Shown here: positions 20,818 through 29,539 of the stretch, piece after piece
Position numbering within the stretch: the stretch's first letter is position 1
Layout of the letters: each line of letters opens with the position of its first letter
Assembly (NCBI GenBank): GCA_035707945.1
Contig: DASSTK010000262.1
Coordinates: 1 to 45,539, forward strand
From: Sphingomonas sp.
GTDB taxonomy: Bacteria > Pseudomonadota > Alphaproteobacteria > Sphingomonadales > Sphingomonadaceae
Direction of reading: 5' to 3'
DNA length: 45,539 bases
Program-made: the position numbers and the translations under genes
Notes under the pieces: generated by a model
Told to the model about the DNA's origin: nothing
Databases searched by the model: none
Seen by the model: only the letters and a program-made list of their open reading frames with translations

Positions 20818-22255
20818 ACGCCGCCGTGTCGATCCCCAGATCGCCGAGCTTGCGGTAGAGGGTGGAGCGGCCGATGCCGAGGCGGCGGGCGACTTCGCTC
20901 ATGCGGCCGCGATAATGGCCGATGGCGAGGCGGATGAGATCGGCCTCGATCTCGTCGAGCGGGCGCAGATGGCCGTCGGCGGTGTAGAGCATCACGCCCG
21001 CCGCCTGCCCGGCGAGGCGCGGCGCGGGGGCGGACCCGCGCGGATTGCGGCGGCGGGTGAAGCTCTCCTGCGCGATCTGCGGGAAATCGGCGGTGGTGAG
21101 CTGATCGCCGTCGCACAGCACGGCGGCGCGGAACAGCGCGTTCTGGAGCTGGCGGACATTGCCCGGCCAGTCATAGGCCATCAGCAGCGCGATCGCCTCG
21201 TCGGTGATGTCGAGCTCGCGCAGGCCCGGCTGGAGGGCGATGCGGGCGAGCAGATGGCGGGCGAGCGCGGGCAGATCGCCGATGCGATCGCGCAAGGGGG
21301 GCACCGGCACCTGCACGGTGGCGAGCCGGTACATCAGATCCTCGCGGAAACGCCCGGCGGCGATCTCGCCGGCGAGCGGCTCGGAGGAGGCGGCGATCAC
21401 GCGCACGTCGATCTCGCGGCAACCGCGCGCGCCAAGCGGCCAGATGCGCCCCGTCTCCAGCGCCGCCACCAGCCGCGCCTGGGTATCGAGCGGCAGCGCG
21501 TGCACCTCGTCCAGCAGCAAGGTGCCGCCGTCGGCTTCGGCGAGGCGGCCGGGCTTGCGCTCGAACGCGCCGGCGAAGGCGCCGCGCTCATGCCCGAACA
21601 GATCGGAATCGATGACGTTGGCGGGCACCACCGAGCAATCGACCACCACCAGCGGCCGCCTGGCGCGCGAGGAGGCGGCGTGGATCGCCTCGGCGATCAT
21701 CTCCTTGCCGCTGCCGGGCTCGCCTTCGATCAGCACCGGCACCCGCGCGCGCGCCGCCTTGGCGGCGGACGCCAGCGCGGCGCGGAACACCGGCGCGGAG
21801 CCGACGATCTCCTCGAACGGCAGCGGCTGCCACAATTTCTCGGCCATCGGGCGCAGCTCGCCCTCGATCGCCTGGCGGTTGGCGGCGGCGTCCAGCGCGG
21901 CGAGCAGGCGATCGGGCGCGATCGGCTTCACCAGATAATCGGTCGCGCCCGCGCGCATCGCCTCGACCGCGGCGGCGAGGCCTTCCAGCGCGGAGAGGAT
22001 GTAGATCGCTTTTTCGGGATGCGCGGCGCGCAGCTTGCGGGCGCAGTCGATCAGATCATCGGTCGCGCCGTCATCGACGATCAGCGCCTCGACGCTCGCC
22101 GTGGCGGGCGCGCCCTCGAGCAGCGCCTCGGCGTCCTCGGTGCTGTCGGCGAGCAAGGTGCGCCAGCCGGCGCGCGCGGCGACGGCGGAAACGAGCCGGC
22201 GCTCGCCGCTGTCGCCGTCGACCAGCAAGAGGGTTCGTATCGTCTCGCGCGGCAT
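20816..22255 (-). CDS. Sigma54-type response regulator (REC-AAA+-Fis HTH), TacA-like
   Basis: GEPGSGKE, LLLDEV, FREDLMYRL, WPGNVRQL, VARRLGIGRSTLYRKL; start may instead be 22279. Confidence 0.88.
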   Translation of the reverse strand: MPRETIRTLLLVDGDSGERRLVSAVAARAGWRTLLADSTEDAEALLEGAPATASVEALIVDDGATDDLIDCARKLRAAHPEKAIYILSALEGLAAAVEAMRAGATDYLVKPIAPDRLLAALDAAANRQAIEGELRPMAEKLWQPLPFEEIVGSAPVFRAALASAAKAARARVPVLIEGEPGSGKEMIAEAIHAASSRARRPLVVVDCSVVPANVIDSDLFGHERGAFAGAFERKPGRLAEADGGTLLLDEVHALPLDTQARLVAALETGRIWPLGARGCREIDVRVIAASSEPLAGEIAAGRFREDLMYRLATVQVPVPPLRDRIGDLPALARHLLARIALQPGLRELDITDEAIALLMAYDWPGNVRQLQNALFRAAVLCDGDQLTTADFPQIAQESFTRRRNPRGSAPAPRLAGQAAGVMLYTADGHLRPLDEIEADLIRLAIGHYRGRMSEVARRLGIGRSTLYRKLGDLGIDTAA

Positions 22256-22296
22256 CCCACTTCCTCGGAAACGCAACATGGTTAGCCTCGCTCGGG

Positions 22297-22311
22297 TAAA
22301 GATGGGCTTAA
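22297..22311. promoter_or_regulatory. CtrA-like box upstream of the TacA-like gene
   Basis: TAAA-N7-TTAA. Confidence 0.55.
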
Positions 22312-22389
22312 GTGACCTATCACAGCTTTTGACTTGATGCGCGCGCCGGGCCGGTTAGAACCTTCGCCGGACAAACAAGCGAGGAAGCG

Positions 22390-22521
22390 ATGGCTGAAGG
22401 TTCGGGTTTCGAGATGCAGCCCCATGAACGGACTTATGCCAGCTTTACCAGGCTGTTCAAATGGGGGGCGGTCGTCTGCCTGCTGGCCGCGATCTTCATC
22501 ATGTTCCTGATCGCCGGCTAG
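22390..22521 (+). CDS. aa3-type cytochrome c oxidase subunit IV-like protein (43 aa)
   Basis: MAEGSGFEMQPHERTYASFTRLFKWGAVVCLLAAIFIMFLIAG; HxxTYxxF motif plus one TM helix; GAGGA RBS; not in the ORF track. Confidence 0.8.
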   Translation: MAEGSGFEMQPHERTYASFTRLFKWGAVVCLLAAIFIMFLIAG

Positions 22522-22525
22522 GCGC

Positions 22526-23659
22526 GTGCCGATCAGGATCGCCGTTCTCAAGGAAACGGCCCCGGGAGAGCGTCGCGTCGCCGCCACGCCCGAAACGGCC
22601 AAGAAGTTCGCGGCGCTCGGCGCGGAGATGGCCGTGGAGGCGGGCGCGGGCGCGGACGCCTCGATCTCCGACGATGCTTTCGCGCAAGCCGGGGCGACGG
22701 TGGCCGATCGCGCCGCCACGATCGCGGGCGCGGACATATTGCTGGGCGTGCAGGGGCCCGATCCGGCCACGATCGCGGGCGCGAAGCCCGGCGCATGGCT
22801 GGTGGCGGGCCTGAACCCCTTCGGCGAGCGCGCGCGGATCGACGCCTATGCGGCCGCCGGGCTGGAGGCGCTGGCGATGGAGTTCATGCCGCGCATCACC
22901 CGCGCGCAATCGATGGATATCCTCTCCTCCCAATCCAACCTTTCCGGCTACAAGGCGGTGCTGGACGCGGCGGCCGAATATGGCCGCGCCTTCCCGATGA
23001 TGATGACGGCCGCCGGCACCGTGTCGGCCGCGCGCCTGTTCGTGATGGGCGTGGGCGTGGCGGGCCTGCAGGCGATCGCGACGGCGCGCAGGCTCGGCGC
23101 GCAGGTTTCGGCGACGGACGTGCGATCGGCGACCAAGGAGCAGATCCTGTCCCTGGGCGCGAAGCCGATCTTCGTGGAGAATGTCGCCGGCATCGAGGGC
23201 GAAGGCTCGGGCGGCTACGCGACCGAGATGTCCGATGAATATCAGAAGGCGCAGGCCGAGCTGGTTTCCGGCCATATCGCCAAGCAGGATATCGTCATCA
23301 CCACCGCGCTGATCCCCGGCCGCCCCGCGCCGCGCCTGATCACGGACGCGCAGGTGGCGACGATGCGGCCGGGCTCGGTGATCGTCGATCTGGCCGTCGA
23401 GCAGGGCGGCAATGTCGAGGGCGCGGTGGCGGGCGAGGTGGTGGAGCGCCACGGCGTCAAGATCGTCGGCCACCGCAATGTGCCGAGCCGTCTGGCGGCG
23501 GACACATCGGCGCTGTTCGCGCGCAATCTCTATAATTTCCTCTCCGCCTTCTGGGACAAGGAGGCGGGCAAGCCCGTCCTTCCCGAAGGCGACGAGATCG
23601 CCGAAGCCATCCGGCTGACCCGGGGCGGCAAGGTCGTGAACGCGAGGTTGCTGTCGTGA
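22526..23659 (+). CDS. pntAA: NAD(P) transhydrogenase alpha subunit, part 1 (domain I)
   Basis: ERRVAATPET, MPRITRAQSMDILSSQ, GVGVAGLQA, ITTALIPG. Confidence 0.95.
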   Translation: MPIRIAVLKETAPGERRVAATPETAKKFAALGAEMAVEAGAGADASISDDAFAQAGATVADRAATIAGADILLGVQGPDPATIAGAKPGAWLVAGLNPFGERARIDAYAAAGLEALAMEFMPRITRAQSMDILSSQSNLSGYKAVLDAAAEYGRAFPMMMTAAGTVSAARLFVMGVGVAGLQAIATARRLGAQVSATDVRSATKEQILSLGAKPIFVENVAGIEGEGSGGYATEMSDEYQKAQAELVSGHIAKQDIVITTALIPGRPAPRLITDAQVATMRPGSVIVDLAVEQGGNVEGAVAGEVVERHGVKIVGHRNVPSRLAADTSALFARNLYNFLSAFWDKEAGKPVLPEGDEIAEAIRLTRGGKVVNARLLS

Positions 23660-24210
23660 ATCCTCCCCTGAAAGGGGAGGGGAACCGCGCCGAAGGCGTG
23701 GTGGAGGGGTATGTCCGGTGCGGGCGGGGCGCTCCCTTTCGGGCGTCGATACCCCTCCGTCGCGCTGGCGCGCGCCACCTCCCCTTGCAGGGGAGGATGT
23801 GAATGCTGCAAGGGCCGGCGGCCACGATCAAACGGGCGCGCCGCCTGCGCGGTGCGATGTCGTTGCCGGAAGCGCTCTTGTGGCGGGCATTGCGCGGCCG
23901 TCCGGGCGGCCTGAAGTTCCGTCGACAGCACCCGGCCGGCCTTTATGTGGCGGATTTCTTCTGTCACGAAGCGCGGCTGGTCGTCGAAATCGACGGCGAA
24001 GCGCATGATCGCGGCGATCGCCCCCGGCATGACGCGGAGCGCGATCGCTGGTTCGCGGAACGTCGCTTCGAGGTGATGCGAATCCCGGCCCGCGCCGTGC
24101 TGAGCGATCTTGGTGCAGTCGTTGGCGGCATCGTCGCGCGGGCCGAAGCCGCATTGCCCCTCCACCGCCCTTCGGGCGGTCCCCCTCCCCATGCTCTGCA
24201 TGGGGAGGAT
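23660..24210. mobile_element. Candidate palindrome-flanked nuclease cassette (units at 23660-23710, 23751-23798 and 24156-24210)
   Basis: Three related CCTCCCC-loop-GGGGAGG units around a DUF559 gene, interrupting the pnt operon. Confidence 0.65.
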
Positions 24211-24231
24211 CATAGAGCCGGAGCCGTCTGA
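23803..24231 (+). CDS. DUF559 / Vsr-like endonuclease domain protein
   Basis: ARRLR..MSLPE..LW..LR, KFRRQHP.G.YVADF.C, LVVEIDGEAH, D..RD.W, V.R. Confidence 0.88.
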   Translation: MLQGPAATIKRARRLRGAMSLPEALLWRALRGRPGGLKFRRQHPAGLYVADFFCHEARLVVEIDGEAHDRGDRPRHDAERDRWFAERRFEVMRIPARAVLSDLGAVVGGIVARAEAALPLHRPSGGPPPHALHGEDHRAGAV

Positions 24232-24530
24232 TGGACTTCATCTCGATCCTGTCGATTTTCGTGCTGTCGATCTTCGTCGGCTATTATGTCGTCTGGTCGG
24301 TGACGCCGGCGCTGCATACGCCGCTGATGGCCGTCACCAACGCGATCTCCTCGGTGATCGTGGTGGGCGCGCTGATCGCGGGCGCGGCGGCGGGATCGGC
24401 GACGTCCAAATGGCTGGGTCTCGCGGCGGTGGTGCTGGCCAGCGTCAACATCTTCGGCGGCTTCGCCGTCACCGAGCGGATGCTGGCGATGTACAAGAAG
24501 AAGGAACGGCCGGCCGCCGGACGTAAGTGA
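24231..24530 (+). CDS. pntAB: NAD(P) transhydrogenase alpha subunit, part 2 (membrane)
   Basis: VTPALHTPLMAVTNAISS, NIFGGFAVTERML. Confidence 0.95.
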   Translation: MDFISILSIFVLSIFVGYYVVWSVTPALHTPLMAVTNAISSVIVVGALIAGAAAGSATSKWLGLAAVVLASVNIFGGFAVTERMLAMYKKKERPAAGRK

Positions 24531-24533
24531 TTT

Positions 24534-24616
24534 CGTCACCCCAGCGTAAGCTGGGGTCTCGTGCGATCAAGCTGCGCGCGAGCAACGGGGAGATGCCAGC
24601 CTTCGCTGGCATGACG
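24534..24616. repeat. CGTC-type palindromic repeat dimer, copy 3
   Basis: CGTCACCCCAGCGTAAGCTGGGGTCTC … GAGATGCCAGCCTTCGCTGGCATGACG between pntAB and pntB. Confidence 0.85.
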
Positions 24617-24630
24617 GATTGGGGAGCGGG

Positions 24631-26103
24631 ATGGGACACGCGGCATCGGTGAACCCTTGGGTGGCGCTGATCTATCTGATCGCGGGGGTGTGCTTCATCC
24701 TCGCGCTGCGCGGGCTTTCGAGCCCGGAAAGCTCGCGGCGGGGCAACCGCTTCGGCATGGCGGGCATGGCGCTGGCGATCATCACCACGCTGGTCGTCCA
24801 TTTTCCGTTTGAGCCTCTGATGCCGGGACAGACGCCTGCGGACGGCATGGATTATGACTGGGGGCTATTTTTTCAGATCCTGGTCGCCATCGCGATCGGC
24901 GCGGCGATCGGCCTCGCCATCGCCAAACGCATCCAGATGACGGCGATGCCGCAGCTCGTCGCCGCCTTCCACAGCCTCGTCGGCCTCGCCGCCGTGCTGG
25001 TGGGGATCGCCGCCTACTCCAACCCCGCCGCCTTCGGCATCCTCGATCTCGCGACCGGCCATATCCACCAGGTCAGCCGGGTCGAGATGGGGCTGGGCAT
25101 CGCGATCGGCGCGATCACCTTTTCCGGCTCGGTGATCGCCTTCCTCAAGCTGAACGGCAATATGAGCGGCAAACCGATCCTGCTGCCCGGCCGCCATGTC
25201 ATCAATTTCGGCGTGCTGGCGCTGATCATCGCGCTGATCGCTTATTTCGTGACCGACGACGCGCTGCCCGTCATCGCCGCCATCACCGCGCTTTCCTTCG
25301 CGATCGGCTTCCTGCTGATCGTGCCGATCGGCGGCGCGGACATGCCGGTCGTGATCTCGATGCTGAACAGCTATTCGGGCTGGGCGGCGGCCGCGATGGG
25401 CTTCACGCTGCACAACACCGCGATGATCATCACCGGCGCGCTGGTGGGCTCCTCGGGCGCGATCCTGAGCTACATCATGTGCCGCGCCATGAACCGCAGC
25501 TTCCTGAGCGTCATCGCCGGCGGCTTCGGCGCGGCGACGGACGCGGGCGGCGCGGGCGGCGCGGCGATCGACAAGCCGTGGAAGCGCGGATCGGCCGAGG
25601 ACGCCGCTTTCCTCATGTCGCAAGCCGAGCAGGTCATCATCGTGCCGGGCTACGGCATGGCGGTGGCGCAGGCCCAGCACGCGCTGCGCGAGATGGCGGA
25701 CCAGCTCAAGAAGGAAGGCGTGCGCGTCAAATACGCCATCCACCCGGTCGCGGGCCGGATGCCGGGGCATATGAACGTGCTGCTCGCCGAGGCTAACGTG
25801 CCCTATGACGAGGTGTTCGAGCTGGAGGACATCAACGGCGAGTTCGCGCAGACCGACGTGGCCTTCGTGATCGGCGCCAACGACGTGACCAACCCGGCCG
25901 CCAAGACGGACAAATCCTCGCCCATCTACGGCATGCCGGTGCTCGACGTGGAGAAGGCCAAGACGGTGCTGTTCGTGAAGCGATCGATGGGCGGCGTGGG
26001 CTATGCCGGCGTCGACAACGAGCTCTTCTACCGCGACAACACCATGATGCTCTTGGCCGACGCCAAGAAAATGGTCGAGGAGATCGTCAAGGCGCTGGGG
26101 TGA
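24631..26103 (+). CDS. pntB: NAD(P) transhydrogenase beta subunit
   Basis: MTAMPQLVAAFHS, GGADMPVVISMLNSYSG, HPVAGRMPGHMNVLLAEA. Confidence 0.96.
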   Translation: MGHAASVNPWVALIYLIAGVCFILALRGLSSPESSRRGNRFGMAGMALAIITTLVVHFPFEPLMPGQTPADGMDYDWGLFFQILVAIAIGAAIGLAIAKRIQMTAMPQLVAAFHSLVGLAAVLVGIAAYSNPAAFGILDLATGHIHQVSRVEMGLGIAIGAITFSGSVIAFLKLNGNMSGKPILLPGRHVINFGVLALIIALIAYFVTDDALPVIAAITALSFAIGFLLIVPIGGADMPVVISMLNSYSGWAAAAMGFTLHNTAMIITGALVGSSGAILSYIMCRAMNRSFLSVIAGGFGAATDAGGAGGAAIDKPWKRGSAEDAAFLMSQAEQVIIVPGYGMAVAQAQHALREMADQLKKEGVRVKYAIHPVAGRMPGHMNVLLAEANVPYDEVFELEDINGEFAQTDVAFVIGANDVTNPAAKTDKSSPIYGMPVLDVEKAKTVLFVKRSMGGVGYAGVDNELFYRDNTMMLLADAKKMVEEIVKALG

Positions 26104-26118
26104 GGGCGGCCGCCCGGC

Positions 26119-26676
26119 TCACTTGACGCTCGGCACCTCCTCCACCTGGGCTTCGTGGGTGGGGCCGGTTTCGCCGGTCCGGGCGATCTCGTCGTAGAGC
26201 TCCTGGCGGCGGGCGCAGAGCTTGTCGCCAAGCTCGTCGAAATCGACCTTGCCGGATTTGGCCTTCTTCACCTCCTCGAACAGCTCCTCATCCTCCTCGT
26301 CGACATGGTGCATGGTCTGCTCGCCGAGCACATGGACCTTGGAGGGGAACAGCTCCTCGTCGCCGTCGAGCTGCTCGATCTCGGCGATCAGATCCTTGGC
26401 CGCGCCATGCTCGACGATGCCCTCGTCCACCTCGTCGGCGTCGCCCACCTGTTTGGCGGCGGGATAGAAGAGCTCCTCCTCGATCGTCATATGGACGGTG
26501 AGCCGCAGGCAGATTTCGCGGGCGAGCGGGAGGAGCGCCTTGCCTTCGGTTTCCGCCGCCTTGTCGAACAGCTCGCGGAAGGCGTGATGCTCCTCCTTGA
26601 GCACGCGAACCGACTTCGGATCGTCATCCTCGATGCGGTGATGGCCTTCCTTGTTGCGGCCGGCATATTTTCCCAT
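26119..26676 (-). CDS. Hemerythrin (HHE) domain protein
   Basis: H…LTVHMTIEEELFYPA…EH…HHVDEED metal-binding pattern. Confidence 0.85.
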   Translation of the reverse strand: MGKYAGRNKEGHHRIEDDDPKSVRVLKEEHHAFRELFDKAAETEGKALLPLAREICLRLTVHMTIEEELFYPAAKQVGDADEVDEGIVEHGAAKDLIAEIEQLDGDEELFPSKVHVLGEQTMHHVDEEDEELFEEVKKAKSGKVDFDELGDKLCARRQELYDEIARTGETGPTHEAQVEEVPSVK

Positions 26677-26703
26677 GGATCGCTCCCGTGACGTGGAGCG
26701 GGA

Positions 26704-27681
26704 TCAACGGGGGTCGAACGGCCTCGTTCCGTCGCCGCCGTCGCCGGCGGCCGATTTGCCGGCGACGGAGGCCTGCATCGCCTCGATCTCCGCGCTGTCC
26801 GCGCCGCCCGCCGTCCAGGCCAATGTGATCGACATGCGGCGGTTGCGCGGATCGTAGCGGTTACCGGGATTATAGGGCTCGCGATCGGCGACGCCTTCGA
26901 TGCGGACGAAGCGATCGGCCGCGACGCCGCCGTCGGCCAGCCGCTTGCGGGTCGCCTCGGCGCGGGCGGAGGAGAGGGTCCAGTTGTTGACCTCGCGCCC
27001 CGCCGCATAGGGCAGCGAATCGGTGTGGCCGCGCACGATCACGCCGTTGGGCACCTGCGCCACCACCGAGGCGACCTCGCCGATCAGATCGGAGGCGCGC
27101 GGCACCAGCATGTTTGAGCCCAGGTTGAACATCGAGAAATCCGCGCCGTCGACGATATCGATGCGCAGCCCCTCGGGCGTTTCGGTGAAGCGGACATGGG
27201 GGGCGAGGCCGTGCAGATCCTTGCGCGCCGCCATTTTCTGCTCGATCTTCTTGCGAAGCGTCTGGAAGCGCACGCGATCGCGCGAGCGGATCGCGGCCGC
27301 GCCCTCCTTGGCGCCGCCGGTCGCGTCCTTGGGAATGGTGATGCTCTTGGTGCCGGTCTGCGCGGCGCGGTGGGCGTAGTTGTCCTTGGAGATGATGCTG
27401 TCGCCGCCGAACGCGCCCTTCGCGCCCGCCGACTTCTCGCGCATCTCGACGAGGGTGGGGGAGAAATAGTCGGCGATGCCCTTGCGCTGCTTCTCGGTGG
27501 TCGCGCCCAGAATCCAGAGCAGCAGGAAGAAGGCCATCATCGCCGTCACGAAATCGGCGTAGGCGACCTTCCACTGGCCGCCATGATGGCCGCCATGCCC
27601 GTCGGCGATGACCTTCTTGACGATGACGATCTTGGGCGGATCGGGCTCGTTCCGTCCGCGCCGGGGGGCGGCGCTCGCCAT
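26704..27681 (-). CDS. motB: Flagellar motor stator protein MotB
   Basis: WKVAYADFVTAMMAFF; OmpA-like GHTD, NWTLSSARA, NRR. Confidence 0.95.
   Translation of the reverse strand: MASAAPRRGRNEPDPPKIVIVKKVIADGHGGHHGGQWKVAYADFVTAMMAFFLLLWILGATTEKQRKGIADYFSPTLVEMREKSAGAKGAFGGDSIISKDNYAHRAAQTGTKSITIPKDATGGAKEGAAAIRSRDRVRFQTLRKKIEQKMAARKDLHGLAPHVRFTETPEGLRIDIVDGADFSMFNLGSNMLVPRASDLIGEVASVVAQVPNGVIVRGHTDSLPYAAGREVNNWTLSSARAEATRKRLADGGVAADRFVRIEGVADREPYNPGNRYDPRNRRMSITLAWTAGGADSAEIEAMQASVAGKSAAGDGGDGTRPFDPR
26706..26730 (-). promoter_or_regulatory. EcfG-type promoter for the hemerythrin gene, inside the motB 3' end
   Basis: GGAAC-N16-CGTT on the minus strand, about 30 bp upstream of the ATG. Confidence 0.6.
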
Positions 27682-27682
27682 G

Positions 27683-28546
27683 TCAGCGTCCGCGCATGCC
27701 GTCGAACACGTCGGCGAAGGCCGGCTGATTCGTGTGGCTGATCGAGGAGCGCGCCGCCTCGATCACCAGCGGCAGGGGATGGCCGTGGAGCGAGGCGATG
27801 ATGATCTGCTTGGCGACATGATAAATGGCGGCGTCCCCCTCCACCACCTGCTTGCAGCGCGAGGCGAAGGGATTGACGATGCCGTAGGCGAGCAGCACGC
27901 CGAGGAAGGTGCCGACCAGCGCCGAGCCGATCATCGCGCCCAGGATCGCCGGCGGCTTGTCGATCGAGGCCATCGTCTTCACCACGCCCAGCACGGCGGC
28001 GACGATGCCGAGCGCGGGCAACGCGTCGGCGAGGCTTTGCAGCATCTCGGCCGGGCGGATCGCGTCGTGATGATGGGTCTTGAGATTATTGTCCATCACC
28101 TCCTCGACCGCATGGGGATCGAGCGTGCCCGAGGAGACCACGACCAGCCTCAGCGTGTCGCAGATCAGATGGATCAGCGTCTTGTCCTTCAGGAGCTTGG
28201 GATATTCGGCGAAGATGGTGGAGGCGTTCGGATCCTCGATATGCGGCTCCACCGCGACCGGGCCTTCGGTGCGCAGCTTCTTCATCAGCGAGGAGACGAG
28301 GAAGATGGTGTCGAGATAATCCTGCCGCTTGTATCGGGTGCCCCTGAACACCAGCGCCAGGCCGCCGGCGAACTGCTTCAATTCCTTCATGGAATTGCCG
28401 ATCACCAGCGCGCCGACGCTGGCGCCGCCGATGATGATGAACTCGTGGGGAACGGCCTCCATGATCGGATGCAGATCGCCGCCGGTGAAGGCGAAGCCGC
28501 CGAACACCATGACGAGAAGCACGACCAGGCCGATCGCTGCGAACAT
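27683..28546 (-). CDS. motA: Flagellar motor stator protein MotA
   Basis: LPALGIVAAVLGVV, ALVGTFLGVLLAYG. Confidence 0.95.
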   Translation of the reverse strand: MFAAIGLVVLLVMVFGGFAFTGGDLHPIMEAVPHEFIIIGGASVGALVIGNSMKELKQFAGGLALVFRGTRYKRQDYLDTIFLVSSLMKKLRTEGPVAVEPHIEDPNASTIFAEYPKLLKDKTLIHLICDTLRLVVVSSGTLDPHAVEEVMDNNLKTHHHDAIRPAEMLQSLADALPALGIVAAVLGVVKTMASIDKPPAILGAMIGSALVGTFLGVLLAYGIVNPFASRCKQVVEGDAAIYHVAKQIIIASLHGHPLPLVIEAARSSISHTNQPAFADVFDGMRGR

Positions 28547-28643
28547 CCCAAACCCCCAAAAACGCCTTCACCCGACCCGCCGGACAGCGCGGGCCTTCGC
28601 TGCTTCCCTCTCGTAGCCGCCAATTCGGAAACGAATTGCTAAG

Positions 28644-28660
28644 CTAACGCCGGATTAACC
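28644..28660. promoter_or_regulatory. CtrA-like box upstream of motA
   Basis: CTAA-N7-TTAACC; adjacent CAATTCG-gaaa-CGAATTG hairpin at 28621-28638. Confidence 0.45.
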
Positions 28661-28680
28661 GGGTCGGCTCGCCGAAAGGA

Positions 28681-29529
28681 TCAGTTGATCTTGTCGAACA
28701 GGGTCGCCTGGCCGACCCGGGTGAGCACGGACTGGGCCGCGCTCAGGATCGTCATCTTGTTGGAAAGCTGGATATAGGCCTCGGTGGCGTCGGTATCCTC
28801 GAGGCCCGATCGCTCGTCGGCGAGGTTGGTCTTCTGCGTGGCGAGCGCGTCGGTGGCGGCGTTCAGCCGGGCCTCGCGCACGCCGATGTCCGATTGGGCG
28901 CTGGAGACGTGCGTGCCCGCCGAATCGACCGCATCGAGCGAGGCGGCCATCGCCGGGGAATCGCCCGCGTTCACCGCGTCGATCGCGTTGGAGATGATCG
29001 TATCGAGGCTCTGCACGCTGCCGTCCTTCAGCGTCACCGATCCGAACACCTCCTCATAGCTGTCCCCCGCCGCGACGGAGCTGTTCGGCCCGATCGGGAT
29101 TTGCAGCGCCGGGCCGCTCGCGAAGATCGGCTGGCCGTTGGCGTCGGTCTGCGTCGCCTGGTTCGCGATGTCGCTCCGGATGCCCTGAAGCTCGGTGACG
29201 ATCGCGGCGCGATCGGAGGCGTTGAGCGTACCGTTCGACGCCTGGAGCATCAGCTCCTTGGCGCGGGTGAGCGAGGTGGTGAGGCTCGCCAGGCTGGTGT
29301 CCACCTGCGCGGCGGTGGCCTGCGCGGCGGTGATGTTGGTGGCGTACACCGCGGCGTCCGCCTGGGTCTGGCGGATCGCGGCGATGCGCGCGGCGGCGGC
29401 CGGATCGTCCGAGGCGACGTGGATCTTCACGCCGGACGAGATATCCGTCTGCAACTGCGCGATCTGCTGCGAAAGCTGCTGCTGGCGGGTGATTTCCGCC
29501 TGGAGATTGTAGCGCGATCCGCTGATCAT
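28681..29529 (-). CDS. flgL: Hook-associated protein 3
   Basis: Flagellin-like ends (ISSG…ASDDPAAA; LEDTD), directly after flgK. Confidence 0.88.
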   Translation of the reverse strand: MISGSRYNLQAEITRQQQLSQQIAQLQTDISSGVKIHVASDDPAAAARIAAIRQTQADAAVYATNITAAQATAAQVDTSLASLTTSLTRAKELMLQASNGTLNASDRAAIVTELQGIRSDIANQATQTDANGQPIFASGPALQIPIGPNSSVAAGDSYEEVFGSVTLKDGSVQSLDTIISNAIDAVNAGDSPAMAASLDAVDSAGTHVSSAQSDIGVREARLNAATDALATQKTNLADERSGLEDTDATEAYIQLSNKMTILSAAQSVLTRVGQATLFDKIN

Positions 29530-29539
29530 CGGTTCGTCC

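Noticed and set aside
22312-22323. GTGA-ccta-TCAC palindrome as an FNR/FixK box
   Set aside because: Spacing and outer bases do not fit TTGA-N6-TCAA.
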